64,000 bases of DNA from Planctomycetota bacterium (GCA_020851795.1 JADZCA010000001.1:3661-67660), one strand, 5' to 3'; numbered from the stretch's first letter, positions 18,342 through 27,651 are shown. The notes: generated from the letters alone by a model not told the origin. Numbers and translations are program-made.

Positions 18342-19359
18342 CGACGGCAGGCCGCGTGACGGCCCGCTCCCGAGGGCGCGCGGTGCTGCGCAGCAGCGCC
18401 GCGACGTCGCGCTCGAGGAAGCGCAGGCGGGCGCGGGCGACGTCGCCCGTGCGCCGGGCGCGCTCGGGGTGGCCCCGCAGACGGCGCAGCGGGGCGACGA
18501 CGGGGGCGCGCACGATCTCCCAGAGTGAGCGCGCGACGACGCCGAGCACGAAGAGCCCCGCGAACGCCCCGAAGGCGAGGGGGCCGAGGCGCTTGCGTTG
18601 GAAGCGGACCGCGCCCACGAGCAGCGGGAGGCGCAATCGGCGGTCGAGCGGTCCCGTCGAGGCGCCCCCGACGTGGCGCACCGCCGGCGCGTCGGCGACG
18701 AAGTGCACCTCCGCCCCGGCGCGGCGCGCACGCCAGCACAGGTCCACGTCCTCGAAGTAGAAGGGGTACCCGGGGTCGAACCCGCCGAGCCGCTCGGCGA
18801 GGTCGCGGCGCACCACCATCGCCGCGCCGGAGACCGCCTCGACGGGGCCCGTGCGCGCGCCGCGCCCGACGTCGCGCTGGCGTCGCGTCGCGCGACGGCC
18901 GACGCCGAACCAGCCGAGCGGCGTGTACTGGTGCAGCATCGCGAGCGCCGTCGGGAAGCCCCACGCCGAGCGCTGGGGAAGGCCGTCCTCGCCGACGAGC
19001 GGCGGGGCCGCGACGCCCACCGCGGGTCGCGCGTCGAGGTAGGTGACCACCGCGCCCAGCGAGCCCGGTGCCGCTTCGGTGTCGCTGTTGAGGAACACGA
19101 CGTGGCGCCCTTCGAGCGCACCCATCGCGGCGTTGTTGCCGCGCGCGAAGCCGACGTTCTCGGCGTTCTCGACCACGCGCACGTGGGGCAGGCGAGCCCG
19201 CACCGCCGCGACGGTGCCGTCGTCGCTCGCGTTGTCCACGCAGACGACGCGGGCGCGGTAGGGGGCGCAGGCCGGCGCCGCGGCGGCGAGCGCGCGCAGC
19301 GTGAGGTCGCGCGTGTTCCACGACAGCACGACGACGGTGAGGTCGGGCGGCGCGTCCAC
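18322..19359 (-). CDS. GT2-family glycosyltransferase
   Basis: Track ORF with motifs VVVLSWNTRDLTLRAL, VDNASDDGT, NVGFARGNNAA, FLNSDTE (DxD-type) and FEDVDLCWR. It overlaps the convergent upstream gene by 20 nt. Confidence 0.88.
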   Translation of the reverse strand: MDAPPDLTVVVLSWNTRDLTLRALAAAAPACAPYRARVVCVDNASDDGTVAAVRARLPHVRVVENAENVGFARGNNAAMGALEGRHVVFLNSDTEAAPGSLGAVVTYLDARPAVGVAAPPLVGEDGLPQRSAWGFPTALAMLHQYTPLGWFGVGRRATRRQRDVGRGARTGPVEAVSGAAMVVRRDLAERLGGFDPGYPFYFEDVDLCWRARRAGAEVHFVADAPAVRHVGGASTGPLDRRLRLPLLVGAVRFQRKRLGPLAFGAFAGLFVLGVVARSLWEIVRAPVVAPLRRLRGHPERARRTGDVARARLRFLERDVAALLRSTARPRERAVTRPAVVSDRAG

Positions 19360-19512
19360 GCCGCGAGCCTACCCTCCCGCCGCGCCGTCCCCGCGTGCGG
19401 CGACGGCGCCGGGTAGCATCGCGGCCCGCCGCGGCCGCCGCGCGGGTCGGGAGCGCCGGACGGGCCGACGTCCCCGACCGCGTCGCCCCGAGGCGGTCGA
19501 GAGCGCCCCCGC

Positions 19513-21897
19513 GTGCCCCGCGCCTTCCCGGTGACGTCGTCGCGCGCCGCGGGATTCGTCGCGCTCGTCGCCCTGCTCGGGTTGCTCGGCGTCGGGGCCA
19601 CGGCCGAGCGCGCCTGGTTCGCGGCACCGCTCCCGCTCGAGGCGCCCGACCCGGCGCCGGCTCGGCGCGGGCCGTGGCCCGCGCTCCTCCTCGTCGTCGT
19701 GGACGGCCTGCGGGAGGCGGCGACCCCGACGATGAGGACGTGGCAGGCGCTCGCGTCCGAGGGGGCGAGCGGCGTCGCCCGCACCGGCGAGCCGACGATG
19801 TCGGCGCCGTGCGTGCGCGCCATCGTCACGGGCCGTCGCCCGGACCTCTACACGTCGTTTCGCAACTTCGCCCCGGTGCCGGTGCGGGGGTCGGTGCTCG
19901 ACGCGCTCGTCGCGCGCGGCGCGAGCCTCGCGCACGCCGGCGACCGGCTGCTCCCCAACCTCCTCCCCGACGCCTACCGCGACGCCGACGTGTTCGTGCC
20001 GCCGCGCACGCGCTACACCGAGCCCGGCGAGCTCGACGACGACGCGTGGCCCTTCGCGCTCGAGCAGGCGGGCGACGCCGAGGTGGACGTGCTCACCGTG
20101 CACCTCGTCACCGCCGACCTCACCGCGCATCGCTTCGGCGCCGACGGGCCGGCCTACGCCGCCGCCGTCGCCGCCGTGGACCGCCGCCTCGACGAGCTCG
20201 TGCTGCTCTTCCGCCGCACGCGGCCCGGCGCCTACGTGCTCGTGGCGGCCGACCACGGGCTCTCGCCCCGCGGCACGCACGGCGGGGGCGAGCCCGAGGC
20301 GCGCCGTGCGCCCTTCGTGCTCGTCGGCCCCCGCGTGCCGAAGCGGCGCGCGGTCGAGATCCCGCAGGAGGCGCTCGCGACGACGCTCGCCGCCGTGTTC
20401 CGCGTGCCCACGCCGCCGCTCGCCGAGGAGCCGCCCGCGCTCGGCCTCGTCCGCCTCGACCGCGAGGACCGTCGTGACGCGCTGCTCGGGTTCCTCGACG
20501 CCCGCGCCGCCGCCCTCGCCGCCGCGGGGCGCGACCTCGAGGCCCGGGGCGTCGCCGAGCGCAAGGCCGCCGCGCTCGCGCGGGCCACGCCGTCCGACGT
20601 GGACGCGGCGCTGCTGGCCGCCGCGATGACGTCCGCCGCGACCGCCCCGGGCCCCGCGCCCGCGGCCGTGGCCGTGCTCGCGCTCCTCGCGCTCGTCGTC
20701 GCGGTGCTCGTCGCGCGCGGCGGGGCGCGGGCGGCCGTCGTCGCGGGCGGAGGCCTCGCCGCGCTCGCCGCCGTCGCCGCGGCGGTCGCCGCCGCGCACC
20801 ACGCGCGGCTGTCCGCGCGCGAGGTCGCGCCGCTCGCGACGCGCGCGCTCGAGGCCGCCGCCGCCGTCGCGGGGGTCGCGGCGCTGGCGGTCGCCCTGCG
20901 CGGTCGTCGCCGCGACGGCGCGCCGCCCGCGGGCCTCGTCGGGGGCGACGCCGCGCCCGTCGGCGTGGTCCTCGTGCTGATCGCGGGGGCGGCGGTGGCG
21001 CTCGTGCGCTCGTGCCGCCTCGCGCTCGACGACGCGCTGCACGCGCCGTGGCTCTCGACCGCGGCGGCGGGCGTCGCGACGGCCGTCGCGGCGATGCGCG
21101 CCCGCGGGGCGTCGCGCGCCGTGCGGGTCGCCGCGCCGCTCGTCGTCACGGCGGTGCTCGTCGCCGCCCGCGTCGTCGAGGCGGCGGGCGGCGAGGACGT
21201 GCTCGCCCGGACGCAGGGCGTCGGCTGCGGGCTCGCCACGGGCGTCGCGCTCGTCGTGCTCGTCGCCGTGGCCCGCCGCGACGCCGCCACCGTGGGGGCC
21301 GTGGCGTGGGGCCCGGCGGCGGCCGTCGGCGTCTTCACGGCCCTTGACGGCGGCGTCGGCGCGCACGGCGCGGCGTTCGCGCTGGTCGCGGCGGCCGCGG
21401 TCCTCGCGTCGCGCCTGCCTGCGCGGCGCGGGGGGGCGGGCCTCGTCGTGCTCGTGCTCCTCGCGCGCGTCGCCGTCTTCCACGCGCTCGGCGGGGCCGA
21501 GTCGTTGCGGCGCCTCGACCCCGACGGGGCGTTCGTGCCCGGCGCGGCGGGCGTGTCGGGCCTGCGGTCGGTGCTCGCAGGGCTCGCGCCGTGGGTGCTG
21601 CGCGAGGCGTGCACCGTGGCGCTGCTCGTCGCGGCCGCTGCGGCGGCGCTGCGACGTGGCCGCGCGGCCGGCGGGAGCGGCGCGGTGGTCACGGGCCTCT
21701 CGCTCGCGACGGTGGCGGGCGGCGCCGCCCTCGCCGTGGTCGCGTCCGCGTGGGCGCGCTGGGCCTGGTGGATGGCGGTGGCGCATCCGGTGTTCCTCCT
21801 GGCGCTGGTGGACGCGAGCGCCCTCGTCGTCGTCGCGCTCCTCGCCGCGGCGTGGCGCGGGCGCGGGGCCGCGGCGGCGGTCGAGACGGCGCCGTAG
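19513..21897 (+). CDS. Alkaline-phosphatase-superfamily phosphotransferase with N-terminal catalytic domain and long C-terminal polytopic membrane domain (PigO/PigG/Gpi13-like architecture)
   Basis: Track ORF. Catalytic blocks: LLLVVVDGLRE (metal Asp), GEPTMSAPCVRAIVTGRRPD (nucleophile Thr), HLVTADLTAHRFG, VLVAADHGLSPRGTHGGGE. These are followed by ~450 aa of Ala/Val/Leu-rich helices. Confidence 0.8.
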   Translation: MPRAFPVTSSRAAGFVALVALLGLLGVGATAERAWFAAPLPLEAPDPAPARRGPWPALLLVVVDGLREAATPTMRTWQALASEGASGVARTGEPTMSAPCVRAIVTGRRPDLYTSFRNFAPVPVRGSVLDALVARGASLAHAGDRLLPNLLPDAYRDADVFVPPRTRYTEPGELDDDAWPFALEQAGDAEVDVLTVHLVTADLTAHRFGADGPAYAAAVAAVDRRLDELVLLFRRTRPGAYVLVAADHGLSPRGTHGGGEPEARRAPFVLVGPRVPKRRAVEIPQEALATTLAAVFRVPTPPLAEEPPALGLVRLDREDRRDALLGFLDARAAALAAAGRDLEARGVAERKAAALARATPSDVDAALLAAAMTSAATAPGPAPAAVAVLALLALVVAVLVARGGARAAVVAGGGLAALAAVAAAVAAAHHARLSAREVAPLATRALEAAAAVAGVAALAVALRGRRRDGAPPAGLVGGDAAPVGVVLVLIAGAAVALVRSCRLALDDALHAPWLSTAAAGVATAVAAMRARGASRAVRVAAPLVVTAVLVAARVVEAAGGEDVLARTQGVGCGLATGVALVVLVAVARRDAATVGAVAWGPAAAVGVFTALDGGVGAHGAAFALVAAAAVLASRLPARRGGAGLVVLVLLARVAVFHALGGAESLRRLDPDGAFVPGAAGVSGLRSVLAGLAPWVLREACTVALLVAAAAAALRRGRAAGGSGAVVTGLSLATVAGGAALAVVASAWARWAWWMAVAHPVFLLALVDASALVVVALLAAAWRGRGAAAAVETAP

Positions 21898-21900
21898 CCC

Positions 21901-21953
21901 GCCGAACGAACGTCAGGCCCCGACCTCGTCGGCTCGTGAACACGGCGGGCCCG
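21901..21953 (-). repeat. Copy of the 52-nt intergenic element (family 2), reverse orientation, partly degenerate
   Basis: The reverse complement of 21917-21950 reads GCCCGCCGTGTTCACGAGCCGACGAGGTCGGGGC. This matches the core of the copies at 34541, 50652 and 50887. Confidence 0.7.
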
Positions 21954-22048
21954 AGCACGCCCGGCCCCGGGTAGCATCGAGGGGCTTGGCACCGCCCGCG
22001 GCCCCCGACCAAGACGACGCGCCGCCGCGCCACCCTCGGCTGCCGGGC

Positions 22049-22714
22049 GTGATCGGTGTGCTCGCCTGCGCCGCCTGGCTCGTCGGCTACTTCCTGCCGT
22101 GGATCACCTTCACGCCCGCGCAGCGGGAGACCGTCCGCGAGGCGTTCGCGCCGCGCATCGACGCCCTCGAGGCGACCTGGCCCGAGCACGCCGCGCGCTA
22201 CCGGGTGCTGCTCGCGGAGGCGACGGGGAAGGGGGCCCTGACCGGGCTCGACCTCCACCTGTACGCCCGCGCGGCGCACGGCCTCAACCTCGACCTCCAA
22301 GGGGCCCCGCCGCCCGACCGCGCCGCGGAGCGGCCGTGGGTCGTCCAGCGCATGTTCCGCGGGGTCGCCGTGCTCCTCGCGTTCCTCCCGCTCGCCTCGA
22401 CGCTGCTCCTGCTCGTGCTCGTGGCCCGCCGCGTGCGCACCGGCCCGTTGCTCCTCGCCACGCTCGTCGTCGTCGGGTGCCTCGGCGGGACGCTCGGCAT
22501 CGTCTGGACGCGCGTCGCCGAGGCGCTGTCCGCCGACGTGCTGCGGGGCACCGGCCTCGCGCTCGTGCTCGCGTCGTCGCTCGCGCAGGCGTGCACGGGG
22601 CTGTTCTCCGTGACCCGTCGCACGTGGTGGCGCGTGTACGGCCTCGCGCTGCTCGGGCTCGCCCTCGTCGCGACCGTGACGTGGGCCGTCGTGCTGCGGG
22701 GGTGGACGCCGTGA
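22049..22714 (+). CDS. Small polytopic membrane protein (unknown function)
   Basis: The GTG at 22049 is in frame with track ORF 21344..22714. GC3 is very high and there are 4-5 hydrophobic helices (VIGVLACAAWLVGYFLPW, VAVLLAFLPLASTLLLLVLV and others). Its stop overlaps the GTG at 22711 of the next gene. The start is uncertain. Confidence 0.6.
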   Translation: MIGVLACAAWLVGYFLPWITFTPAQRETVREAFAPRIDALEATWPEHAARYRVLLAEATGKGALTGLDLHLYARAAHGLNLDLQGAPPPDRAAERPWVVQRMFRGVAVLLAFLPLASTLLLLVLVARRVRTGPLLLATLVVVGCLGGTLGIVWTRVAEALSADVLRGTGLALVLASSLAQACTGLFSVTRRTWWRVYGLALLGLALVATVTWAVVLRGWTP

Positions 22715-22722
22715 CGGACGCG

Positions 22723-25440
22723 ATGCCGCGCGGCCGCGCGCTCGCGGCCCTCCTGCTCTCGCTCGCCGGCCTCGTCGTGGTCGGGCGCCTCGCGGTGGAC
22801 GCCTGGCTCCTGCGGCCCGTGCCGACGCGCGTCCGCGTCGTGCAGCGGGCCCCGAGCGGCGTCCCGCGGCCGTTCCTCCTCGGGATCGTGGACGGCCTGC
22901 GCGCGGAGGCGGTCGAGGACGACCTCGCCGACCCGGCGATGCCGTTCTGGCGGTCGATGCAGGCGCGCGGCGCGTGGGGGATCGGCGTCACCGGCGAGCC
23001 GACGATGACCGCGGCGTGCGTGCGCACGATCGTGACCGGCCGCAACCCCGACCTCGTGGCGGCGTTCCGCAACTTCGACGCGGCGCCCACCGAGGGGTCG
23101 GTGCACGAGTTCCTGGCCGCGCGCGGGCTGCGGCTCGCCCACGCGGGCGACGCGTCGGCGTTCCAGCTGGTGCGCCGCCACGTCCGCCCGGAGGACGCGC
23201 TCGCCTTCCCCGACGTCGGGCCCCGCGACCAAGGCGAGACGGACGACCGCTGCTACCCGTTCGCGCTCGAGAAGGCGCGCGACCCGGGCGTCTCGGTGCT
23301 CACGTTCCACGTCGTGCGCCCCGACCACGCGGGGCACCGCTACGGCGCCACGGGCGCGGAGTACCGGGCCGCGTGCCGGGCCGCCGACGCGCAGATGCGC
23401 GGCGTCTACGAGGCGTTCGTCGCGACCCGGCCCGACGCGCTCGTGCTGATCACCGCCGACCACGGCGTGACGCCGCGCGGCACCCACGGCGGCGGCGAGC
23501 CGGGCGCGCGCCGGGCGCCGTTCGTGCTGGTCGGCCCGCGCGTCGCGCGCCGCGGGCCCGCCGAGGTGCCGCAGGCGGCGCTCGCGCCCACGCTCGCGGC
23601 GCTGCTCGACCTCCCGATGCCCCCGCTCGCCGAGTCGCCCCCCGCGCTCGAGCTCACGACGCTCTCGCCGACGGAGCGGATGGACGCGCTCGACGCGTTC
23701 CTGCAGGCGCGGCTCGCCACGGCCGCGAGCATGGGCGACGCGGAGGTGGCCGCGGCCCTCGACGCGCGCCGACGCCTCGTCTTCTCCGAGGGGCCCAACG
23801 CGGCGGTCGGGCGCCTCGCCGAGCTGTACCGCGAGCTCGAGGAACGGGCACTGGGCCGCTCGGGGCGCGGGCCCGCGGTGCTCGCGGTGCTGCTCGCCGC
23901 GCTGTGGCTCGCCGCGCTCGTCGCCGAGCCCGGGGCGGGGCGCGCTCGGTCGTGGGCGTTCGCCTGCGGCGTGCTGGCGCTGTGGCTCGCCACCGCGTCC
24001 ACGGGCGGGGCGGGCGCGCGCTTCGCCTCCGAGCCCGCGGTGGGCGTGGCGGCGGTCGCGCTCGCGGCGGTGGCGTTCGCGCGGCCGGTCGTGCCGGTGC
24101 TGGGCACGCGCACGCTGTGCGTCGCGGGCCTGCTCGCCGTCCCGGCGCTGGGCGGCGCGGGACTGCTGCTCCAGAACGCGTTCGACGCGCCCGGCGGCGC
24201 CGGCCCCGCGGCGACGCGCACCGCCGTCGTCGCGGCGCTGCTCGCCGTCGCCGCGCTGGCGCTGCTCTTCCGGCGCGACGCGCGCCGCCGCCTGGCGGCA
24301 CCGCTCGCGGTGCGGCCGGGCCTGCTCGTCGCGCTCGGCGGCGGGCTGCTCGGATTCGGGCTGTCGCTGCGGCTCTTCGTCGACCCGTTCGTCCACACGC
24401 CGATCCTCTTCGCCGCCGCCGCCGGCGTCGGGTTGCTGGTCGCGCTGCTCCCGTCCCGCGTGCGGGCCGCGGCGCCCGGGGCCGTCGCGACGCTGCTCGC
24501 GGTCGCCGCGCTGCTGCTGGTGGGCGGGCGGGTCGCCGAGGGGCTCTCGCCCGACTGGGTCCTCGGGCCGGCGGGCGAGTCGCGGTGGTTCCTGCTCGCC
24601 GCGGCCGGCGCGCTCGCGCCCGTCGTCGTCGCCGCGGCGCGCGCCGCGCGCGGCGGGGGCCGCGACGCGGTGGCCGTCGGGGCGGCGGCCCTCGTGCTCG
24701 TCGCCGCCGTGGTCTACCGGGCGTCGATGCCCGGTCCCGCGGCCGCGTGGCACGCGGCGCGGGCGGGCGGGGTGCTGCTGCTGGCCGCCTCGCCGTTCGT
24801 CGCCGGGGCCGACGCGCGGCTCGCGGTCCGGTTGCTCGCCTGCGCCGCGCTCGGTGCGATCTTCCACGAGCGCAGCGACGCGCAGGTGCTCGGCGTCGCG
24901 CTCACCGTCGCCGCGGGCCTCGCGCTGTCGCGCGTGCCGGTCCCCTCGTCGCGCACCGGGCTCGCGGCGCTCGCGGTGCTGCTGCTCGCGGTGCGGATCG
25001 CCGTCTTCCACGCGCTCGGCTTCTCCGAGTCGTTCTCGACGATCGACGTCGGCGCCGGCGTCGTCCCGGGCGCGCGCGGCGACGGCGCGACCGCGGGCGC
25101 CGACGGCTGGACGCCCGCGATGGTCGAGACCGCGCTGCACCTCGCCGTGAAGTTCGCGCTGGTGTGGGTGGTGCTGCTCGCGGGGCTCGCGCGGGCGTTC
25201 GAGCGGGCGGGGCGCCCGCACGCGCTGCGCACGGTCGTGTTCGACCTCGCCGTCGCGTTCGCCGCGCGTGGCGCGCTGCTGGCGATCGGGATGACGGTGT
25301 GGTGGCGGTCGTCGTGGTGGGTCGCCACCGCCTACCCCGTGTTCACGCTGGGGGCCGCCGACGTGGTGCTCGTGCTCGCCGCGGCGGCGGTTTCGGGCGC
25401 GTTCCGCCGCGACCGCGCGCCGGCCCTCCTGCCTGCCTGA
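22723..25440 (+). CDS. Second PigO/PigG/Gpi13-like phosphotransferase paralog (N-terminal AlkP-type domain + C-terminal polytopic domain)
   Basis: It is in frame with track ORF 22099..25440. The start is ATG 22723, or GTG 22711 overlapping the upstream TGA. Blocks: FLLGIVDGLRAE, GEPTMTAACVRTIVTGRNPD, HVVRPDHAGHRYG, LITADHGVTPRGTHGGGE. A ~550-aa multi-helix region follows. Confidence 0.8.
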   Translation: MPRGRALAALLLSLAGLVVVGRLAVDAWLLRPVPTRVRVVQRAPSGVPRPFLLGIVDGLRAEAVEDDLADPAMPFWRSMQARGAWGIGVTGEPTMTAACVRTIVTGRNPDLVAAFRNFDAAPTEGSVHEFLAARGLRLAHAGDASAFQLVRRHVRPEDALAFPDVGPRDQGETDDRCYPFALEKARDPGVSVLTFHVVRPDHAGHRYGATGAEYRAACRAADAQMRGVYEAFVATRPDALVLITADHGVTPRGTHGGGEPGARRAPFVLVGPRVARRGPAEVPQAALAPTLAALLDLPMPPLAESPPALELTTLSPTERMDALDAFLQARLATAASMGDAEVAAALDARRRLVFSEGPNAAVGRLAELYRELEERALGRSGRGPAVLAVLLAALWLAALVAEPGAGRARSWAFACGVLALWLATASTGGAGARFASEPAVGVAAVALAAVAFARPVVPVLGTRTLCVAGLLAVPALGGAGLLLQNAFDAPGGAGPAATRTAVVAALLAVAALALLFRRDARRRLAAPLAVRPGLLVALGGGLLGFGLSLRLFVDPFVHTPILFAAAAGVGLLVALLPSRVRAAAPGAVATLLAVAALLLVGGRVAEGLSPDWVLGPAGESRWFLLAAAGALAPVVVAAARAARGGGRDAVAVGAAALVLVAAVVYRASMPGPAAAWHAARAGGVLLLAASPFVAGADARLAVRLLACAALGAIFHERSDAQVLGVALTVAAGLALSRVPVPSSRTGLAALAVLLLAVRIAVFHALGFSESFSTIDVGAGVVPGARGDGATAGADGWTPAMVETALHLAVKFALVWVVLLAGLARAFERAGRPHALRTVVFDLAVAFAARGALLAIGMTVWWRSSWWVATAYPVFTLGAADVVLVLAAAAVSGAFRRDRAPALLPA

Positions 25441-25531
25441 CGGGCCGCGAAGGAAGCCCCGGCGCGGCCTGCGCCGCATCCTCGGGGCGTTCGGCCGCGT
25501 GGCGTCGACGCGGCCGCGCGCGTCGCTCGCC

Positions 25532-26329
25532 TCAGCCGCCCATGCCCGGCGCGGGGGCGTCGCCGCCCTCCATCGCCGGCTCGGCCATCCCGGGTTCGTC
25601 CATCCCCGGCTCGCCCATGCCCGGCTCGTCCATCCCGGGCTCGCTCGGGGCCGAGGGGGCCGTCGGCGACGACGACCCGGCCTTGGCCTCGAGGTCGGGG
25701 TAGCGCTCGGCGCGACGGGCGCACTCTTCTGCCGGGATGCGCTTGCTCCACGCCACCGCCACGCGCTCGCCCTCGCGCTGGGCGGGGAAGCGCTTGGCGA
25801 TCCCGCGCACGGCGACGTCGTGGCTGAACCACGTCTGGATGCGCGTCTTGAGCCCGTCGGGCTTGCTCGGGTCGGTCGGGCCCTCGATGTGGCGCTTGGT
25901 GGTCCGCACCGCGTGCGTCGGGGGCGGCCCGCCGAGGTAGAGGAGCTCGTCCTTGTCCTTGCTCTTGTCGTGCGTCCAGCCCGGCGGGATCGTCAGGCCC
26001 TCCTGCACGTCCCACCACCGCGTCGCGGTGTTGTCCACGCCGAAGTCCTTCGTGCCCGTCTTGTCCGTCTTGACGGTCTCGACCAGCACGCGCTTGGCCG
26101 TGCGCGCGAGCACGCGCTCCTCGAACCACAGCACCCACCCGTCGTCGGTGCCGGGCTCGCGGACCTTGTAGAGGCAGGTCTCGCCGACCTCGGCGTCGAA
26201 GAGGGGGTTGTCGAACTTCGGCAGCGGCGTCGTCGGCGTCGGCGGCGGCTCGCCGGGGCCGTCCTGCGCGCGGACGAGGGCCGGCAGCGCGAGCGCGGCC
26301 GCGAACAGGGCGACGAGGGTGCGACGCAT
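25532..26329 (-). CDS. Secreted protein of unknown function with Met-rich pentapeptide-repeat C-terminal tail
   Basis: Track ORF with GGAGG 8 nt upstream of the ATG. The signal peptide is MRRTLVALFAAALALPALVRA. Composition is normal (K/D/E/W-rich). The tail is EPGMDEPGMGEPGMDEPGMAEPAME. The core WVLWFEERVLARTAKRVLVE resembles WVTWTVRA...VEATRVLVAV of the upstream lipoprotein. Confidence 0.75.
   Translation of the reverse strand: MRRTLVALFAAALALPALVRAQDGPGEPPPTPTTPLPKFDNPLFDAEVGETCLYKVREPGTDDGWVLWFEERVLARTAKRVLVETVKTDKTGTKDFGVDNTATRWWDVQEGLTIPPGWTHDKSKDKDELLYLGGPPPTHAVRTTKRHIEGPTDPSKPDGLKTRIQTWFSHDVAVRGIAKRFPAQREGERVAVAWSKRIPAEECARRAERYPDLEAKAGSSSPTAPSAPSEPGMDEPGMGEPGMDEPGMAEPAMEGGDAPAPGMGG
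25571..25645. repeat. Five tandem 15-nt units encoding (E/D)-E-P-G-M repeats
   Basis: The five units are CATCGCCGGCTCGGC, CATCCCGGGTTCGTC, CATCCCCGGCTCGCC, CATGCCCGGCTCGTC and CATCCCGGGCTCGCT, read directly from the sequence. Confidence 0.9.
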
Positions 26330-26375
26330 CGGGGAGCCTCCGGGACCCCCCGATCGTACGGGCGCGGCGGCGGGG

Positions 26376-27035
26376 CTACGAACCGCGCCCGAAGGCCGTC
26401 ACCACCTGCTCGACGCCGCCCGGGCCCCGGCTGCGCGCCACGCCGCCGAGCGGCACGCCCTCGTGGAACGACACGGTCGTGTCGCCCCGCACGACGTCGC
26501 GGGGGCGCAGCGTCGTCGTGCCGACGACCACCGCCGCGCCCTCCGCCGCCGCCTCGAGCCCCGTCGGCGCGACCGCGCGCGCCATCCACACGTCCTGCGC
26601 CGACGAGCCGACCGACCGACCCGCGCCGTCGGTGGACACCGACGCGACCGCGACGAGCACGCGCGTCGCCTCCACGGCCTTCGCCCGCCACGTCACCGTC
26701 GTCGCGCCCTCGACGCCGGCGGCGCGCACCGTCCACGTCACCCAGTCGCCCGCGCGCGGCGACAGCGCGGCCGACGCGGCGAGCGCGGTCGGCGGCGGCG
26801 GCGGCACCGCGGGGGCCGGCGCCGGCGTCGCGGGCGGCGGGGGCGGCACCGTCGTCGGGAGCGGGGGGGCGGCGGGGGCCGAGGGCGAGGTCGGCGTCGC
26901 CCCGGGCCCCGCGCCGGGCGCGAGGACCGGGCCGTCGTCGCGGCCACGCTTGCCCTCGTCGCCGCACGCGGCGAGCGCGAGGGCGGCGGCGAGCACGGGG
27001 AGGGCGGCGAGCGGGCGGCGGCGGGGCGGGCGCAT
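26376..27035 (-). CDS. Putative lipoprotein (unknown function)
   Basis: Track ORF with the lipobox LALAAC after a positively charged N-terminus. A Pro-rich linker is followed by a ~110-aa beta-rich domain. Confidence 0.65.
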   Translation of the reverse strand: MRPPRRRPLAALPVLAAALALAACGDEGKRGRDDGPVLAPGAGPGATPTSPSAPAAPPLPTTVPPPPPATPAPAPAVPPPPPTALAASAALSPRAGDWVTWTVRAAGVEGATTVTWRAKAVEATRVLVAVASVSTDGAGRSVGSSAQDVWMARAVAPTGLEAAAEGAAVVVGTTTLRPRDVVRGDTTVSFHEGVPLGGVARSRGPGGVEQVVTAFGRGS

Positions 27036-27126
27036 GGGGACACCGTACCGGAGGGCCGGGGGCGGGGAAGCGCCGGCGCGCCGGCTGCCCGTTGCGCGGG
27101 GCCGTCCGCCCCCGGATCATGCGCGC

Positions 27127-27651
27127 GTGCGCCGCATCATCGCCGTCATCGGAGCCGGCACCTGCACGCGCCGCGAGTTCAACGCGGCGCACGAGGTGGG
27201 CCGGTTGCTCGCCGAGCGGGGCTTCGCCGTGGCGTGCGGCGGGCTCTACGGCGTCATGGAGGCCGCGTGCATGGGCGCGCGCGAGGCGGGGGGCCTGACG
27301 ATCGGCTTCCTGCCCGGGACGGCCCGCGAGGACGCCAACCCGTACGTGGACCTCGCGATCCCGACCGGTCTGCGCGACGCGCGAAACTACGTCGTCGCCA
27401 CCTGCGGCGAGGCGGCGATCGCGGTGGGGGGCAAGCTCGGCACGCTGTCGGAGATCGCGCTCGCGCTCAAGCGCGGGATCCCCGTCGTCGGGCTGTGGAC
27501 GTGGAAGCTCGACCCCGACCGCCTCTTCGAGACGCGGGTCCCGGCCGCCGGCACGCCGGCCGAGGCCGTCGACCTCGCGGTGCAGCTGGCCGACGAGCGC
27601 GAGAAGGCGCGTGCGGCCGGCGTCGAGACGGGCGGGGAGGGCGAGGCGTGA
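27127..27651 (+). CDS. TIGR00725/LOG-like (SLOG superfamily) Rossmann-fold protein
   Basis: The GTG at 27127 is in frame with track ORF 26479..27651. Motifs: IAVIGAG, VACGGLYGVMEAACMGA, VGGKLGTLSEIALAL (a PGGxGTxxE-like LOG motif). Confidence 0.8.
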   Translation: MRRIIAVIGAGTCTRREFNAAHEVGRLLAERGFAVACGGLYGVMEAACMGAREAGGLTIGFLPGTAREDANPYVDLAIPTGLRDARNYVVATCGEAAIAVGGKLGTLSEIALALKRGIPVVGLWTWKLDPDRLFETRVPAAGTPAEAVDLAVQLADEREKARAAGVETGGEGEA

